A stretch of DNA of 64,000 nt, taken from the IMG/VR virus record IMGVR_UViG_3300005782_000717. The stretch is one strand, 5' to 3'. This document shows positions 48,770 through 58,412 of this stretch, in pieces; the stretch's first letter is position 1; the number at the start of each line of letters is the position of its first letter. This DNA is from an uncultured virus (IMG/VR IMGVR_UViG_3300005782_000717) (taxonomy: Duplodnaviria > Heunggongvirae > Uroviricota > Caudoviricetes). The translations under genes were made by a program, and so were the position numbers. Below the pieces are notes generated by a model that saw nothing but the letters and a program-made list of their open reading frames with translations, had not been told where the DNA came from and searched no databases.

Positions 48770-49660
48770 TCAACCTCCTATAATCTGTCCTACCAGGAGA
48801 AGTATGGGGTAGAAGACAGCAACCAGAACAATGGCCCCCATCGTCTTTCTGAAGTTACCCTTCATCATGACGAGCAGGGGGATAATTGCCGCTGCCGGGA
48901 TAAAGGCGAGGGCTGTCACCGGGCTAAATATACCCAGCTGGATTAAGAGGAGCTGGTAAATCAGCAGGAACATGAGCCAGGTCGAAGCATACCACTCTAG
49001 GCTTACCCCATATTTCCACACCATATAGGCCACGCTTTTGACTCCCTTCTTGAGGTTGGCTTCAGCATCCGGCCACTCATCGAGGGCCAGCCCGAGATAG
49101 GAAAGGATAATGGCGATAGGCACGCTCGCCAGCAGGCCAATGCCCCAGGGGGGATTGGGGCTAACCGCGAACATACCGAGCAAGACCGATCCCGGCCCAA
49201 CCCCCACGGCAAGGGCCGTCTCGTGGGTCCAGTTAAACTTGCCCCAGGAATACCAGAATGTCACCAGCATACTCAGAACCCAGACAATGATTATTGGCCA
49301 GCCAACAGTAAAGGCCAGATAGATAATGGGGATTGCCGATAGTAGGTACCAGGCCAGGGCATTAAAGGCTACCTCTCGTGGGGTAACTATGCCGGCTTCA
49401 ATGATGTTCTGGCCGCCGGTATAGTCTTTCTCGGCGCTGCGGTCCTCAATTTCGCCCTTATCTAATCCTGTCCAGGCATAGTCGAGGAAGCTATTAAAAG
49501 AGTGGCCGCCGGCCATAACCAGGAGGCCAGCGATAAGAGCTATCCAGGCGTTGGCATTGATGCCGCCGGCCAAAACCGCTCCCAGCAGTATTGCTGAACC
49601 AAAAAAGGGAGCTGCAAACCATCGAGGCAAGGTCCATAGATGAGCTTTTAGTTTTGTCAC
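48770..49660 (-). CDS. UbiA/MenA-family prenyltransferase
   Basis: NSFLDY...GLD, DEWPDAEAN, multiple TM helices. Confidence 0.85.
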   Translation of the reverse strand: MTKLKAHLWTLPRWFAAPFFGSAILLGAVLAGGINANAWIALIAGLLVMAGGHSFNSFLDYAWTGLDKGEIEDRSAEKDYTGGQNIIEAGIVTPREVAFNALAWYLLSAIPIIYLAFTVGWPIIIVWVLSMLVTFWYSWGKFNWTHETALAVGVGPGSVLLGMFAVSPNPPWGIGLLASVPIAIILSYLGLALDEWPDAEANLKKGVKSVAYMVWKYGVSLEWYASTWLMFLLIYQLLLIQLGIFSPVTALAFIPAAAIIPLLVMMKGNFRKTMGAIVLVAVFYPILLLVGQIIGG

Positions 49661-49673
49661 TTTAGCCCTCCTA

Positions 49674-50036
49674 TCATTCCTCTAGGGATACCTCCGGAAT
49701 CTCCTTCTCATCAACAAGCTCTGCTTTTAGAACGAAGAATCCATCCGGCCCCAAGTCGCTGATAATCAACTTCGGATCATATTCATAAATAAGGTAGTAT
49801 CCTCCAAATCTACCATCATATCTCATTGCCTCTTCCTCTGTGTGGGTTAGCCATACCCCCTTAACATCCTCATATCGCTTCTTGAACTCAGATAAGACTG
49901 ATTCCCAGGTACCTTGTGCCTTAAGGAAGTTGGAAAGGTCATCCTTTATATGCTCATTCCCGAGCTCATCATATTCAAAGCTTAGAGCTTTCCAGGCTAA
50001 GGGCTCCTCCGGATAGTTGATGCGATATCCTCTCAC
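49674..50036 (-). CDS. Hypothetical protein
   Basis: Coupled ORF. Confidence 0.5.
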   Translation of the reverse strand: MRGYRINYPEEPLAWKALSFEYDELGNEHIKDDLSNFLKAQGTWESVLSEFKKRYEDVKGVWLTHTEEEAMRYDGRFGGYYLIYEYDPKLIISDLGPDGFFVLKAELVDEKEIPEVSLEE

Positions 50037-50404
50037 TTGTTCACCTTAGGCCCGACCCATCTAGGTCTCTCGTAGACACCCCAGGTAACGCCATATAGAT
50101 TCTCAGCATCGGGCGTCTCGATAAAGCCCCCCTCTATTAGCTTTAGCCCTTTCTCTTTGGCTTTCCTCGGCAATATCTCCTCAGTCAAGTCCTCAATATA
50201 GGCTATCTTCCTCGCAGTCTCGCCCTCCTCCATTGTGGGAAATCCAGTACCAGCCAGGCATGCGTCGGCCCAACCTTCCAAATAAACAAACCTACCTTGA
50301 ACCTTTTGCCAGTAGCTTATGCAGGTTTCCTCCGGAGCGCCAACATCAGGTACTTTGTTAATTAGCTCTTGCAGCTTCTCTTTTCTGATACTCTTTACGT
50401 CCAT
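50033..50404 (-). CDS. Hypothetical protein
   Basis: Coupled ORF. Confidence 0.5.
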   Translation of the reverse strand: MDVKSIRKEKLQELINKVPDVGAPEETCISYWQKVQGRFVYLEGWADACLAGTGFPTMEEGETARKIAYIEDLTEEILPRKAKEKGLKLIEGGFIETPDAENLYGVTWGVYERPRWVGPKVNK

Positions 50405-50438
50405 CTTTACCCCTTCTCCTGGAGACCGTAATCAAATC

Positions 50439-51113
50439 CTATAATTCTCCTATCAAAGCCAGTATCCCGAAAACAGTGGCGCAGCTGGTTAAGGGTATCA
50501 TGAGGTTATCGTCAGCCCACCTGAGCCACTTAACCTTAGAAACGTCTCCACAGGCCCATTCGGTAATGGTAGCCACTAAAGCGGTAACCGCCCCCACCCA
50601 GAAGGGCGAAATAAAGCACCAGGCGATTATCAGACAGGTTGCAAGCATCGCCGCCGACCCCCAAAATCCCTTCACCGCCCTGCCGTAGATCTGGGACCTC
50701 ACGACTCCGGTGGTCATATCTCCCCAGGCCATGAACAAGAGGCAGGATATGGCTATTAGGGGTTTATCCAGCCAGACCCACCCCACACCTATAACGGGGA
50801 TAGCGGCAAGAGGAAACCAGACCTCGGCTATAGCCTCCGTCGGCCTGCCAGTACCGCCGACACCCCTGAAGGTGTCCGGTCTGATAACTCTGGCTCCTCC
50901 CAGTAGCGCTACAAAGCAAGCCGCCAGTATTAAAGTCCACCATCCAGAGCTAAACAAAAAGGCACAGAGCAAGAAGCCCAGTCCCCCAGCGGCATGACCG
51001 ATTTTCCTTGAAAGATAGTGGGGCACCTTTAGGTCAAACAAGATGTTTGAAATCCATAGTCCGACTAACACCGCTCCAGTAATTAAGATAACAAACGGGA
51101 TTTCAGCCACCAT
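50439..51113 (-). CDS. Phytol/dolichol (polyprenol) kinase-like, CTP-dependent
   Basis: SRKIGH, AWGD, KGFWGS, DDNLMIP; TM-rich. Confidence 0.85.
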   Translation of the reverse strand: MVAEIPFVILITGAVLVGLWISNILFDLKVPHYLSRKIGHAAGGLGFLLCAFLFSSGWWTLILAACFVALLGGARVIRPDTFRGVGGTGRPTEAIAEVWFPLAAIPVIGVGWVWLDKPLIAISCLLFMAWGDMTTGVVRSQIYGRAVKGFWGSAAMLATCLIIAWCFISPFWVGAVTALVATITEWACGDVSKVKWLRWADDNLMIPLTSCATVFGILALIGEL

Positions 51114-51553
51114 CAGGCCCTCCTGCCTCCCAGTACCAGCCGCATCTCATCCAGGAAATTCTCAAAGGCCTGGGCGAACTCCTCAACGTCATAGATTATC
51201 CTGTCAGTGTTGGCCCGGAAGAACTTGTGGCTGATGACCGCCCGCGGCGACAGACTGCCGCCAATCACATCGAAGAACACCTCATCGCCGCTGGGGTAGT
51301 TTATTTCGTCCCCATCGAGCAGGAACTTGTCCATCTTATCGTAAGCGACCTCCGGCCTCTTATCCAGCATCCTGAGCCGCTGCCCCTGGAACTGGACGTG
51401 GAACACCCCGCCCTCGGGGCCGGTAACCCTCAGCTCGGCGTACTTGTTCTCCACCTCGGCCAGCTTCTGCTTGGCATCCCTGGACAGATGATTGAAGAAG
51501 CGAGTCTGCCTCGCCTCAAACCTTCTGAACATGTCTCCTACCAGTCCAGCCAT
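51113..51553 (-). CDS. SCP2-like lipid-binding protein (tentative)
   Basis: LRVTGPEGGVFHVQF...GSLSPRAV pattern. Confidence 0.45.
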   Translation of the reverse strand: MAGLVGDMFRRFEARQTRFFNHLSRDAKQKLAEVENKYAELRVTGPEGGVFHVQFQGQRLRMLDKRPEVAYDKMDKFLLDGDEINYPSGDEVFFDVIGGSLSPRAVISHKFFRANTDRIIYDVEEFAQAFENFLDEMRLVLGGRRA

Positions 51554-51640
51554 CTATAACCTCCTTAAAAAGAAAGGGCGCTAAACCTTCATTCAGGTAG
51601 CGCCCCCGTTTTTCTATTGAACTCAACTAGAGCTTTGTCT

Positions 51641-52543
51641 TTAAATCCTCCTCGCTATTCCTTTAACCACCTTCCTCTTCAGTTTTCTGCCCATGGTAAC
51701 TTCCTTCAGCACCACAGGCCTGGAACCAACGACCCTCTCTGCCAGCTCCGAGAAGTAGGGCTTGAGCTTATCGCCATCCCCGCATTGAGGAATTGAGACA
51801 AGAAACGGTATCCCGGCTTCTCTGGCCACGCGTTTAAGGTCAACCCGGGGGGATAGGAACTGGTATTCGTTCTCTCCATGCCGGTTAAGAAAGCCGTCCT
51901 GGTTGGCCACCAGACCTATAATGGGTATCTGTTTTTGCCGCAAAAGGTCTATGGTTCTCAGCAGCCCAATAGTCGACATCTTCGCTGGCTGGGAAACGAT
52001 AATGACCCCGGAGAGGTCCTTCACCTGGTCAAAGAAAGAGAACATCTCATTTGAAGCCGAGGGCGGCAGGTCGGCAATGAGAAAGTCAAGCGGCTCCGGC
52101 CAGGTGACTATCTCATCCGACAGCAGCTCGCTGACGAAGCGCCACTTGGATGAGGCCAGAACATCGTCAATCTTCCTTCTTACCACCTCGAGATCCTCGA
52201 CTGTGGCACCATTCCCGAGTTGGCTAAGCCTGTCCCTGGCGTCAGTAAGCTCCTGATTATGAGACCCCTCCCACAGCACGGCGTAATCTTCGCCGACATA
52301 GGAGGCAATAGACAGCAGCCAAAAGCCGTTCACCTCGGGTACAACTACCTTCTCGTTTAGGCTGTCCAGATCCCACTTTGGTGAGTGGGCAAGCCCCAAA
52401 GCACTGAACAGGTTTGACCCGGTGATATCAATATCAAGGAATCCAACCTTGAATTTTTTGATAACTAAGGCCAGCCCCAGCCCGGCAACCACCGAGCTCT
52501 TGCCTACCCCACCCTTGAGGGCACATACTGCGATCTTCTTCAT
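51641..52543 (-). CDS. Mrp/NBP35 (ParA/MinD superfamily) P-loop ATPase
   Basis: KGGVGKS, LDIDITG, DLPP, IPIIGLVANQ; likely ATG at 52543. Confidence 0.85.
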   Translation of the reverse strand: MKKIAVCALKGGVGKSSVVAGLGLALVIKKFKVGFLDIDITGSNLFSALGLAHSPKWDLDSLNEKVVVPEVNGFWLLSIASYVGEDYAVLWEGSHNQELTDARDRLSQLGNGATVEDLEVVRRKIDDVLASSKWRFVSELLSDEIVTWPEPLDFLIADLPPSASNEMFSFFDQVKDLSGVIIVSQPAKMSTIGLLRTIDLLRQKQIPIIGLVANQDGFLNRHGENEYQFLSPRVDLKRVAREAGIPFLVSIPQCGDGDKLKPYFSELAERVVGSRPVVLKEVTMGRKLKRKVVKGIARRI

Positions 52544-52600
52544 CGTTTCCTTGCAAAAAAAGGGCGCCCTTCTTTCGAAGGTGCGCCCCCGTTTTCCTCT

Positions 52601-52725
52601 AGGATAACCGATAAATTGAGATGTGTCAACACCGCCGGGTTCCAGCCAGCAAAAGCTGTTCACCTTAATCTGGCACATCGGTAAATAGAGGCGTTGTTGC
52701 AATTGGTTCCAGAAGGTGCTATAAT
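52601..52725. promoter_or_regulatory. Divergent promoters
   Basis: Minus strand TTGACA-17-TATCCT (52629-52601); plus strand TTGCAA-17-TATAAT with extended TG (52697-52725). Confidence 0.65.
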
Positions 52726-52795
52726 TTCTTTACAATTTAATAAAGGAAACGGGGGCGCTAAAGTTTAGCGCCCCTTATCTTTTTAGGGGGACATT

Positions 52796-53032
52796 ATGGT
52801 TGTAGAAAACAAGCCTGGGGCAGCAGAAGAAGAGACCGGGGAGAAAGGCGAGTACGGCCTGCACATAAGGCTGGCCAGGGAAATGCAGCCGGTGCTGAAG
52901 AATGCTGCTGATCTCGCCTATGAGATGGGGGACATCCCCAAGCCAGACCTGGTTAACCTGATGAACCTGTTTATTGTCTGGGGCCTGAGCATCCAGAAGA
53001 AGAAGTGGCTGGACCGCATGGGCTACCGATAG
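52796..53032 (+). CDS. Small hypothetical protein (possible regulator)
   Basis: First gene after the plus-strand promoter. Confidence 0.5.
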   Translation: MVVENKPGAAEEETGEKGEYGLHIRLAREMQPVLKNAADLAYEMGDIPKPDLVNLMNLFIVWGLSIQKKKWLDRMGYR

Positions 53033-53080
53033 TCTTTTATCGGCAGTTAAGCAAATGAACCAACTTAAGTTGGTACAAAG

Positions 53081-53326
53081 ATGAGGCAAAGGGAGTGGCG
53101 CCCTTACAAAGCATCGAAAAGAGAAGTTTTATCTTTCTTGGAGGAAAGAGAGGTTGTCACCATTCATAGCCTCATGGACAGATTCGGTTATTCATACTAC
53201 GGAGCGAGAAATAGACTGCGGGGGCTTTATCGGGAAGGGTTGATTCAACCCCTTTTTGAGAGAGGCACCTGGGGATTAACTAAAAAGGGAGAAAGGAGGT
53301 TAATGCACTATGAGCAAGGAAAATGA
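53081..53326 (+). CDS. Winged-helix protein
   Basis: RLRGLYREGLI...WGLTKKG. Confidence 0.65.
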   Translation: MRQREWRPYKASKREVLSFLEEREVVTIHSLMDRFGYSYYGARNRLRGLYREGLIQPLFERGTWGLTKKGERRLMHYEQGK

Positions 53327-54788
53327 AAAGACTGAAGTCCCTATTGTCCAGGAGGAATTCGCCAATTTCCTGAGAAAGTATAAAGTAGTCAAGGGCGGTG
53401 AGATGTGCGACACCATCGCTGAGAACATCGCTGAAACTGGCGGGGCGGACGTTTTTGAGACCCCCGAGGCGTTAGCCAAGGGACTAGGAACTTGGTCAGA
53501 ATACATTGGCGCGCCGCTGAGAAAGCAAATTCTGCAGCACTGGTTTGCCAAGAAGCGCATAGAGGTACCCCCGGAGGCAATAGAGATGGCCGGGTTAACG
53601 GCCAAGACAGAGGCGACAATGAAAAATAAGAAGGAAGTAGATAAGAAGAAAGCCGAGGGAGCGCTGTGGACGATTGACATTGATGACAGCGGGACGCCCA
53701 GAATTCGGATGATAAAGGACGCGGCGGAACCCGGGGTCACCCTGGCCGAGGCTAAAGCCGCCGCCAGGGAAATAGGCAAAGAGCGCGAGGAGCCGATTGT
53801 CGTCTATAACGAGGAACTGAGCAGGCACATGCCGAACTTCAAGTCCTCCTTTGTCAAACAGAACCTGAGTGCTGCCTGGGCAACGGCCAGACAGATGGAT
53901 AGGGCAATAGCTGAGGGCGAACCCATCGACCCCATGGATGTTTGGATTGAGCAGCAAGCAAAGATGGCGCAGTTCAGGGAAGTGATGGGCCCAACTCCTG
54001 ATACCAAAGGAGCGGGAACCATGGGCGAGATTGTAACTGCACTAAAGGACCTCAAGGAAATGGCGGACGAGGGGAAGGTCAGCGGGGTGCCAGAATGGAT
54101 GACTGACCCGATTGAGTTCATCAACACTGTCAAAACTATCACAACTCCTGAGGCCAAAGGAGCGGGAACCATGGGCGAGATTGTAACTGCCCTAAAAGAC
54201 CTCAAGGAAATGGCGGACGAGGGGAAGGTCAGCGGGGTGCCAGAATGGATGACTGACCCGATGAAGTTTCTTGAGACTGTCCGTGGACTCTCCGGAGGAG
54301 GTGAGGGCAAGGGCTCTCCTGACTGGATGACAGACCCGGCCAAGTTCATCGAAACGGTGGAGAGGATCTCAGGCGGCGGCAAGGGGGACGAAGCACTCAA
54401 GCAACAGGTGGCCAGTCTGGAAAAGATCCTCACCGATATGAGAGAGGACAGGTACAAGGAACAGATAGATAGCCAGAAACAGCAAATGGGGGTGTTAACG
54501 ACTAAGGTCGTGGAACTCACCGACCGAATAGCTGATATCGGCAAGACGGCTATCGGGCGAACCGAGATGGACATTATCCACGAGCTTGCCACTGAAGGCC
54601 TAGGGGTTCTCAAGACCGAGCTGCCCGGCTTTAGGAGAGATGTAAAAGAGGCAATAGGCAGCACAGTACTTCCCCCGGGCAAGAGTGCCGAGGAGCGAAA
54701 AGAGAGAACGACAAATTTGAGGCAGGCAGTTGAAAGGGACAAGAACATAGAAGAGATAGGGCGCCGGCTGTTCTTCAGCGAAGGTTGA
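53310..54788 (+). CDS. Helical/coiled-coil protein with a recent 50-aa tandem duplication
   Basis: 54004-54112 repeated at 54154-54262; third (P/D)WMTDP motif. Confidence 0.75.
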   Translation: MSKENEKTEVPIVQEEFANFLRKYKVVKGGEMCDTIAENIAETGGADVFETPEALAKGLGTWSEYIGAPLRKQILQHWFAKKRIEVPPEAIEMAGLTAKTEATMKNKKEVDKKKAEGALWTIDIDDSGTPRIRMIKDAAEPGVTLAEAKAAAREIGKEREEPIVVYNEELSRHMPNFKSSFVKQNLSAAWATARQMDRAIAEGEPIDPMDVWIEQQAKMAQFREVMGPTPDTKGAGTMGEIVTALKDLKEMADEGKVSGVPEWMTDPIEFINTVKTITTPEAKGAGTMGEIVTALKDLKEMADEGKVSGVPEWMTDPMKFLETVRGLSGGGEGKGSPDWMTDPAKFIETVERISGGGKGDEALKQQVASLEKILTDMREDRYKEQIDSQKQQMGVLTTKVVELTDRIADIGKTAIGRTEMDIIHELATEGLGVLKTELPGFRRDVKEAIGSTVLPPGKSAEERKERTTNLRQAVERDKNIEEIGRRLFFSEG

Positions 54789-54846
54789 TGCCAGGCGGAT
54801 TAAGGGGTAAAATCAGTATAGTCACTTTATCGATGGGGAGATTAAA

Positions 54847-56901
54847 ATGAGTCCAGGGCCTCCGTTTTCAAAGTTACCGTCACTGCCCCCCAGTCCAATA
54901 AAACCACTAAGGGAGATACTGAGGCAAGGTCGCCAGCAGGTGGGAAAGGCTGGCGAGGATATCCGCTCCATCGCCGACGATATGCGGGGAGCTACCACCA
55001 CAGTCCCCAGGGAGGCAAATAAAGCCCCCCCAGGGCAAAAGACGGCTCCTACTATTCAGGAGCTATCCTTAGAGCAAACTGAAACATCCCCCAATCCAGT
55101 TTCTGAGGGCACAGCCTGTTTACCATGCGTTCCGGCAGGAACCATTGTTCTTGGAAACCCGAATGCCAAAAGCATAGAAGGATTAAAAATAGGCGATAAG
55201 ATACTCGATATAGAGGGCGGCTACAGCACAATTACCAATACTATACAACGACCTTACCAAGGAGAGGTAGTAGTCATAAAAATTCCGTATCAGAATAAGC
55301 CTATTATTCTAACCCCCGAGCATCCAGTTTTAGCGATAAAGGCAAACAGTTGCCGAAGAATGCACCAGACCCTATGCTTCCCTGGCAAAGACAATCCCCA
55401 CTGTAAAAATTGCTCTCTAAGCAGGGAATATCATCCCGAATTTATACCAGCCAGTGAATTAAGCACATCTGGGGTCAGGAGTAAATGGGTAAAACATATT
55501 TTACTGATGCCTAGGCTGAAGGGAACCAATGATATTAGGACAATAGATATAACTTCTATTGCCTCTGTTGAATATGAGAAGCTACCTGATGGCTGGATAA
55601 AACCGAGAAAAAAGAATGCCCATAATCGAGGACGCTCCGCTATTGCAGTAAGAAGATATGTAAAAGTTGACTATGACTTAATGAAGCTCATGGGTTTCTA
55701 TCTGGCTGAGGGTTCAGTTACCTACCAAAGGAGAGGCGCACAATTAAGGTTCGATTTTGGTAAGCATGAATCGAACTATGCCCAAGAGGTGGTTACCCTT
55801 ATAGGCAAAGTTTTTGGGATAAAAGCAAATATAGTCAACAACACCCGAAGCACACTCAGGGTTCAAATATTATCATCAATCGTGGCACACTTCTTTGCTA
55901 ACCTTTTAGGCAAGGGAGCAGTAAATAAACAGATACCATCTTGGGTGCTAACTTTACCAACTGAGAAGCAAATTCATTTAATTGAAGGTTATTGGCGAGG
56001 AGATGGCTACAGCCGACGAGAAAAGGGGGTAAGAAATTCAATGTCCTTTCAGGCAACCACTGTATCTCAGCAATTAGCATATTCTCTCCGCCTTATACTA
56101 CACCGGTTAGGACTTATCCATAATTTAAGCAAACGAAAGCTAGGTGCCTCAATTATCGAAGGTAGAAAGGTTAATGGGCAAGATTACTGTTATATTCTAA
56201 GCATCGGTGGCCCTTCAGCTATTAAACTGGCAAAAATGATAGGCTACAAGACCTGCCCCTGGAGGTTTCTACAAAGCCACTTAGCGGGAATAGATGAAAG
56301 CTGGATATACTTGCCAACAAAGAGCATAGAACGAAAGCGCTACAAAGGAACCGTATATAATATAGCCACAAAACCATCCCAAACATATACTGCCAATGGT
56401 ATTATCGTTCATAATTGCAGCCGAGACCATCTGTCTGTAACCTCATCAGCCCTATCCGAGGGAATAAGGTTTGCCCGGGAGAAGGGCGTGAAGAGCCCTG
56501 AAGTGCTGAGGCGAATCCGCATCGCCCTGGATGAACTCAATATCATGGAGCGTATCGACCTCGCCCCAGAGGAAACCGCCAAGCTTAAGGGGGCAGAGAA
56601 GGAAATCGGTACCTGGACGCTCAACCAATCAAGAAACCTGAGGCACTCTATCACCGCCATAAAGGACACCGAGACAATGGAGCAGGCTGCGGCCCAGGCA
56701 AGCGCACTCACCGAGGAATTCATGAGCAGGTTGTGGTCCATCCCCGAGGAGGAGTGTGAGACCTGCGGCGAAGCACGAGAGAGCATCAAGCGGTTCGTTG
56801 AGCAAAAGAGGAAAGGAATAGCTGTTGAGGTAGGCCGGCTCAGCCCTGAAGATAAAGAGCGAGTCCTGAAGAGAGCTGAGGAACTTGTTGAGGAAGATTA
56901 A
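54847..56901 (+). CDS. Hypothetical protein interrupted by an intein
   Basis: Extein junction GTACLP|CSRDH. Confidence 0.8.
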   Translation: MSPGPPFSKLPSLPPSPIKPLREILRQGRQQVGKAGEDIRSIADDMRGATTTVPREANKAPPGQKTAPTIQELSLEQTETSPNPVSEGTACLPCVPAGTIVLGNPNAKSIEGLKIGDKILDIEGGYSTITNTIQRPYQGEVVVIKIPYQNKPIILTPEHPVLAIKANSCRRMHQTLCFPGKDNPHCKNCSLSREYHPEFIPASELSTSGVRSKWVKHILLMPRLKGTNDIRTIDITSIASVEYEKLPDGWIKPRKKNAHNRGRSAIAVRRYVKVDYDLMKLMGFYLAEGSVTYQRRGAQLRFDFGKHESNYAQEVVTLIGKVFGIKANIVNNTRSTLRVQILSSIVAHFFANLLGKGAVNKQIPSWVLTLPTEKQIHLIEGYWRGDGYSRREKGVRNSMSFQATTVSQQLAYSLRLILHRLGLIHNLSKRKLGASIIEGRKVNGQDYCYILSIGGPSAIKLAKMIGYKTCPWRFLQSHLAGIDESWIYLPTKSIERKRYKGTVYNIATKPSQTYTANGIIVHNCSRDHLSVTSSALSEGIRFAREKGVKSPEVLRRIRIALDELNIMERIDLAPEETAKLKGAEKEIGTWTLNQSRNLRHSITAIKDTETMEQAAAQASALTEEFMSRLWSIPEEECETCGEARESIKRFVEQKRKGIAVEVGRLSPEDKERVLKRAEELVEED
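55126..56415 (+). mobile_element. Intein (430 aa) with LAGLIDADG homing endonuclease
   Basis: N-terminal CVPAGT, block B LTPEHP, LMGFYLAEG and GYWRGDG, C-terminal IIVHN followed by Cys. Confidence 0.92.
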
Positions 56902-56902
56902 G

Positions 56903-58381
56903 ATGACAACAGAGTTATCCCAGGAAGATGTAAACCGCATTGCGGAGGCCATGGTAGAGAAAGCCATGGAGGACGTGGGAATCAGGGATATAATGATAGG
57001 GTCCGCAATGGGTAAGGGCGCAATACCTCTCTATGGCAGAGAAACCCGCAAGGAGCCCTGCTCCTGTTGCCTCATTGACCCAGCAGGCCCTAACACCCCG
57101 GATAACCGAATGTGTACAACGAAGGGAGCTATCGGTACCCTCTCTGACAGGGAGGAACGAGAGTGGTGCTCGGAGATAAATATCGTCGCGGATGGAAGAT
57201 GCGCCAGGGCTATGGCAATCAGGGAGGCCGCCAGGGAATGCAAGGAGAAACATCCGAGCGACACTGAAGCGTTCTTCCAATGCTACATTCCGGCCTTTAG
57301 TGCAGCCACCAAGGAAAGCAACCCTGCCCGGGTACATTTCGATCGTGCTGACATTGATAGCGCCATAGAAGCTGCTAAGCGGTTGAAATCAGATAGAGAC
57401 TTATATATCTTCGCTACACATCTGGGATATACCATAGATAAAAGACCACCACCCGGAATGCAGCAGTATGTAATAGTTCACACAGGTGGCTCAACAGAAA
57501 CGATAAAGCCAGGAGGCGAGAGCAACCCCGGCACCCCCTATCAGGAAGAGGGAGAGCGAATCGCCCGGCAGCTGGGCAACGGAGTCATCTACAATGGCCC
57601 CCAGATGTATTACGATAAACTCTATGCACACATCTTCACCGATGTCGCCGTTACTGGCACAACCTTTGCTTGCCTCGGTCTCGAAGAGTGCAAGGCCAAT
57701 CTCATTCAAAAGCGAAAAGACTTCGGAGCTGCCCCACCGGCTTTCAGCCAAATCACCAAGGGGGGCAACCCTGGTACTGTGCCTGAAGTAACTGAAGACT
57801 TTGAGCATACAGTTATAGGGCGTATGGCTAGTGGCGAAGCCAATTTATTACAAACCCCCGAAGGTGAGTTAATAGAACGCATTGCGGGTGGTGAAAAGCG
57901 AGGGTGGTGGAAGATTCTTGTTGGTAAAACAGAATACGTTGGTAAAACTCCCGCGGATGTATTAAACCTTGCTCGTAGAAGAGAGGCTATGCGAGGAGAG
58001 GCTTTACCCAAAGCACTCCCAACTAAACCCCGCACAGCAGGCAATCCCGGTCTCCCTGAGCCTGGGCCACCTATTCCTGACCCTTGGCTGATGACAAGAA
58101 CGGAGTATGAACCGTTGGCACGAAGTGAGTTCAGGCGGGTTACTGAGGATATGATTGCCCGTCTCGAGGAGAGACTCTCTGACTTTAAACCAGGCATGGC
58201 AGCGTATGAGGATACTCTTCGTGGCATTGCGATGCAGAAGCAGCAGCTGGAGGAAGGGTTGACTTCCGAGGGGATAAGATTCACACATCGATTGCATGTA
58301 AGGAAAGCGTTTCTCGAAGGCAAGCCTGTTCCCGCCGAAGTCTTAGCTGATTATCCTGACCTGTCGAAAGGAGCGATATGA
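56903..58381 (+). CDS. Modular polyvalent-like protein with (S/G)NP-delimited segments
   Basis: Cys-rich N-domain; ESNP, ESNPG, GGNPG, AGNPG; C-terminal PW.MT...GKPVPAEVLADYPDL. Confidence 0.7.
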   Translation: MTTELSQEDVNRIAEAMVEKAMEDVGIRDIMIGSAMGKGAIPLYGRETRKEPCSCCLIDPAGPNTPDNRMCTTKGAIGTLSDREEREWCSEINIVADGRCARAMAIREAARECKEKHPSDTEAFFQCYIPAFSAATKESNPARVHFDRADIDSAIEAAKRLKSDRDLYIFATHLGYTIDKRPPPGMQQYVIVHTGGSTETIKPGGESNPGTPYQEEGERIARQLGNGVIYNGPQMYYDKLYAHIFTDVAVTGTTFACLGLEECKANLIQKRKDFGAAPPAFSQITKGGNPGTVPEVTEDFEHTVIGRMASGEANLLQTPEGELIERIAGGEKRGWWKILVGKTEYVGKTPADVLNLARRREAMRGEALPKALPTKPRTAGNPGLPEPGPPIPDPWLMTRTEYEPLARSEFRRVTEDMIARLEERLSDFKPGMAAYEDTLRGIAMQKQQLEEGLTSEGIRFTHRLHVRKAFLEGKPVPAEVLADYPDLSKGAI

Positions 58382-58412
58382 AAGGTGGCGTAACTAAGCG
58401 CAGGGGGCTGAA

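Noticed and set aside
51641..52702. Long N-terminal extension of the Mrp ATPase in the ORF track
   Set aside because: It overlaps the promoter and hairpin; the family-typical start MKKIAV is at 52543
40435..52784. Hairpin family as integron attC sites
   Set aside because: No RYYYAAC/GTTRRRY ends and no visible integron-type insertion in the integrase
53804..54748. 314-aa minus-strand ORF
   Set aside because: Antisense shadow of the 53310-54788 gene
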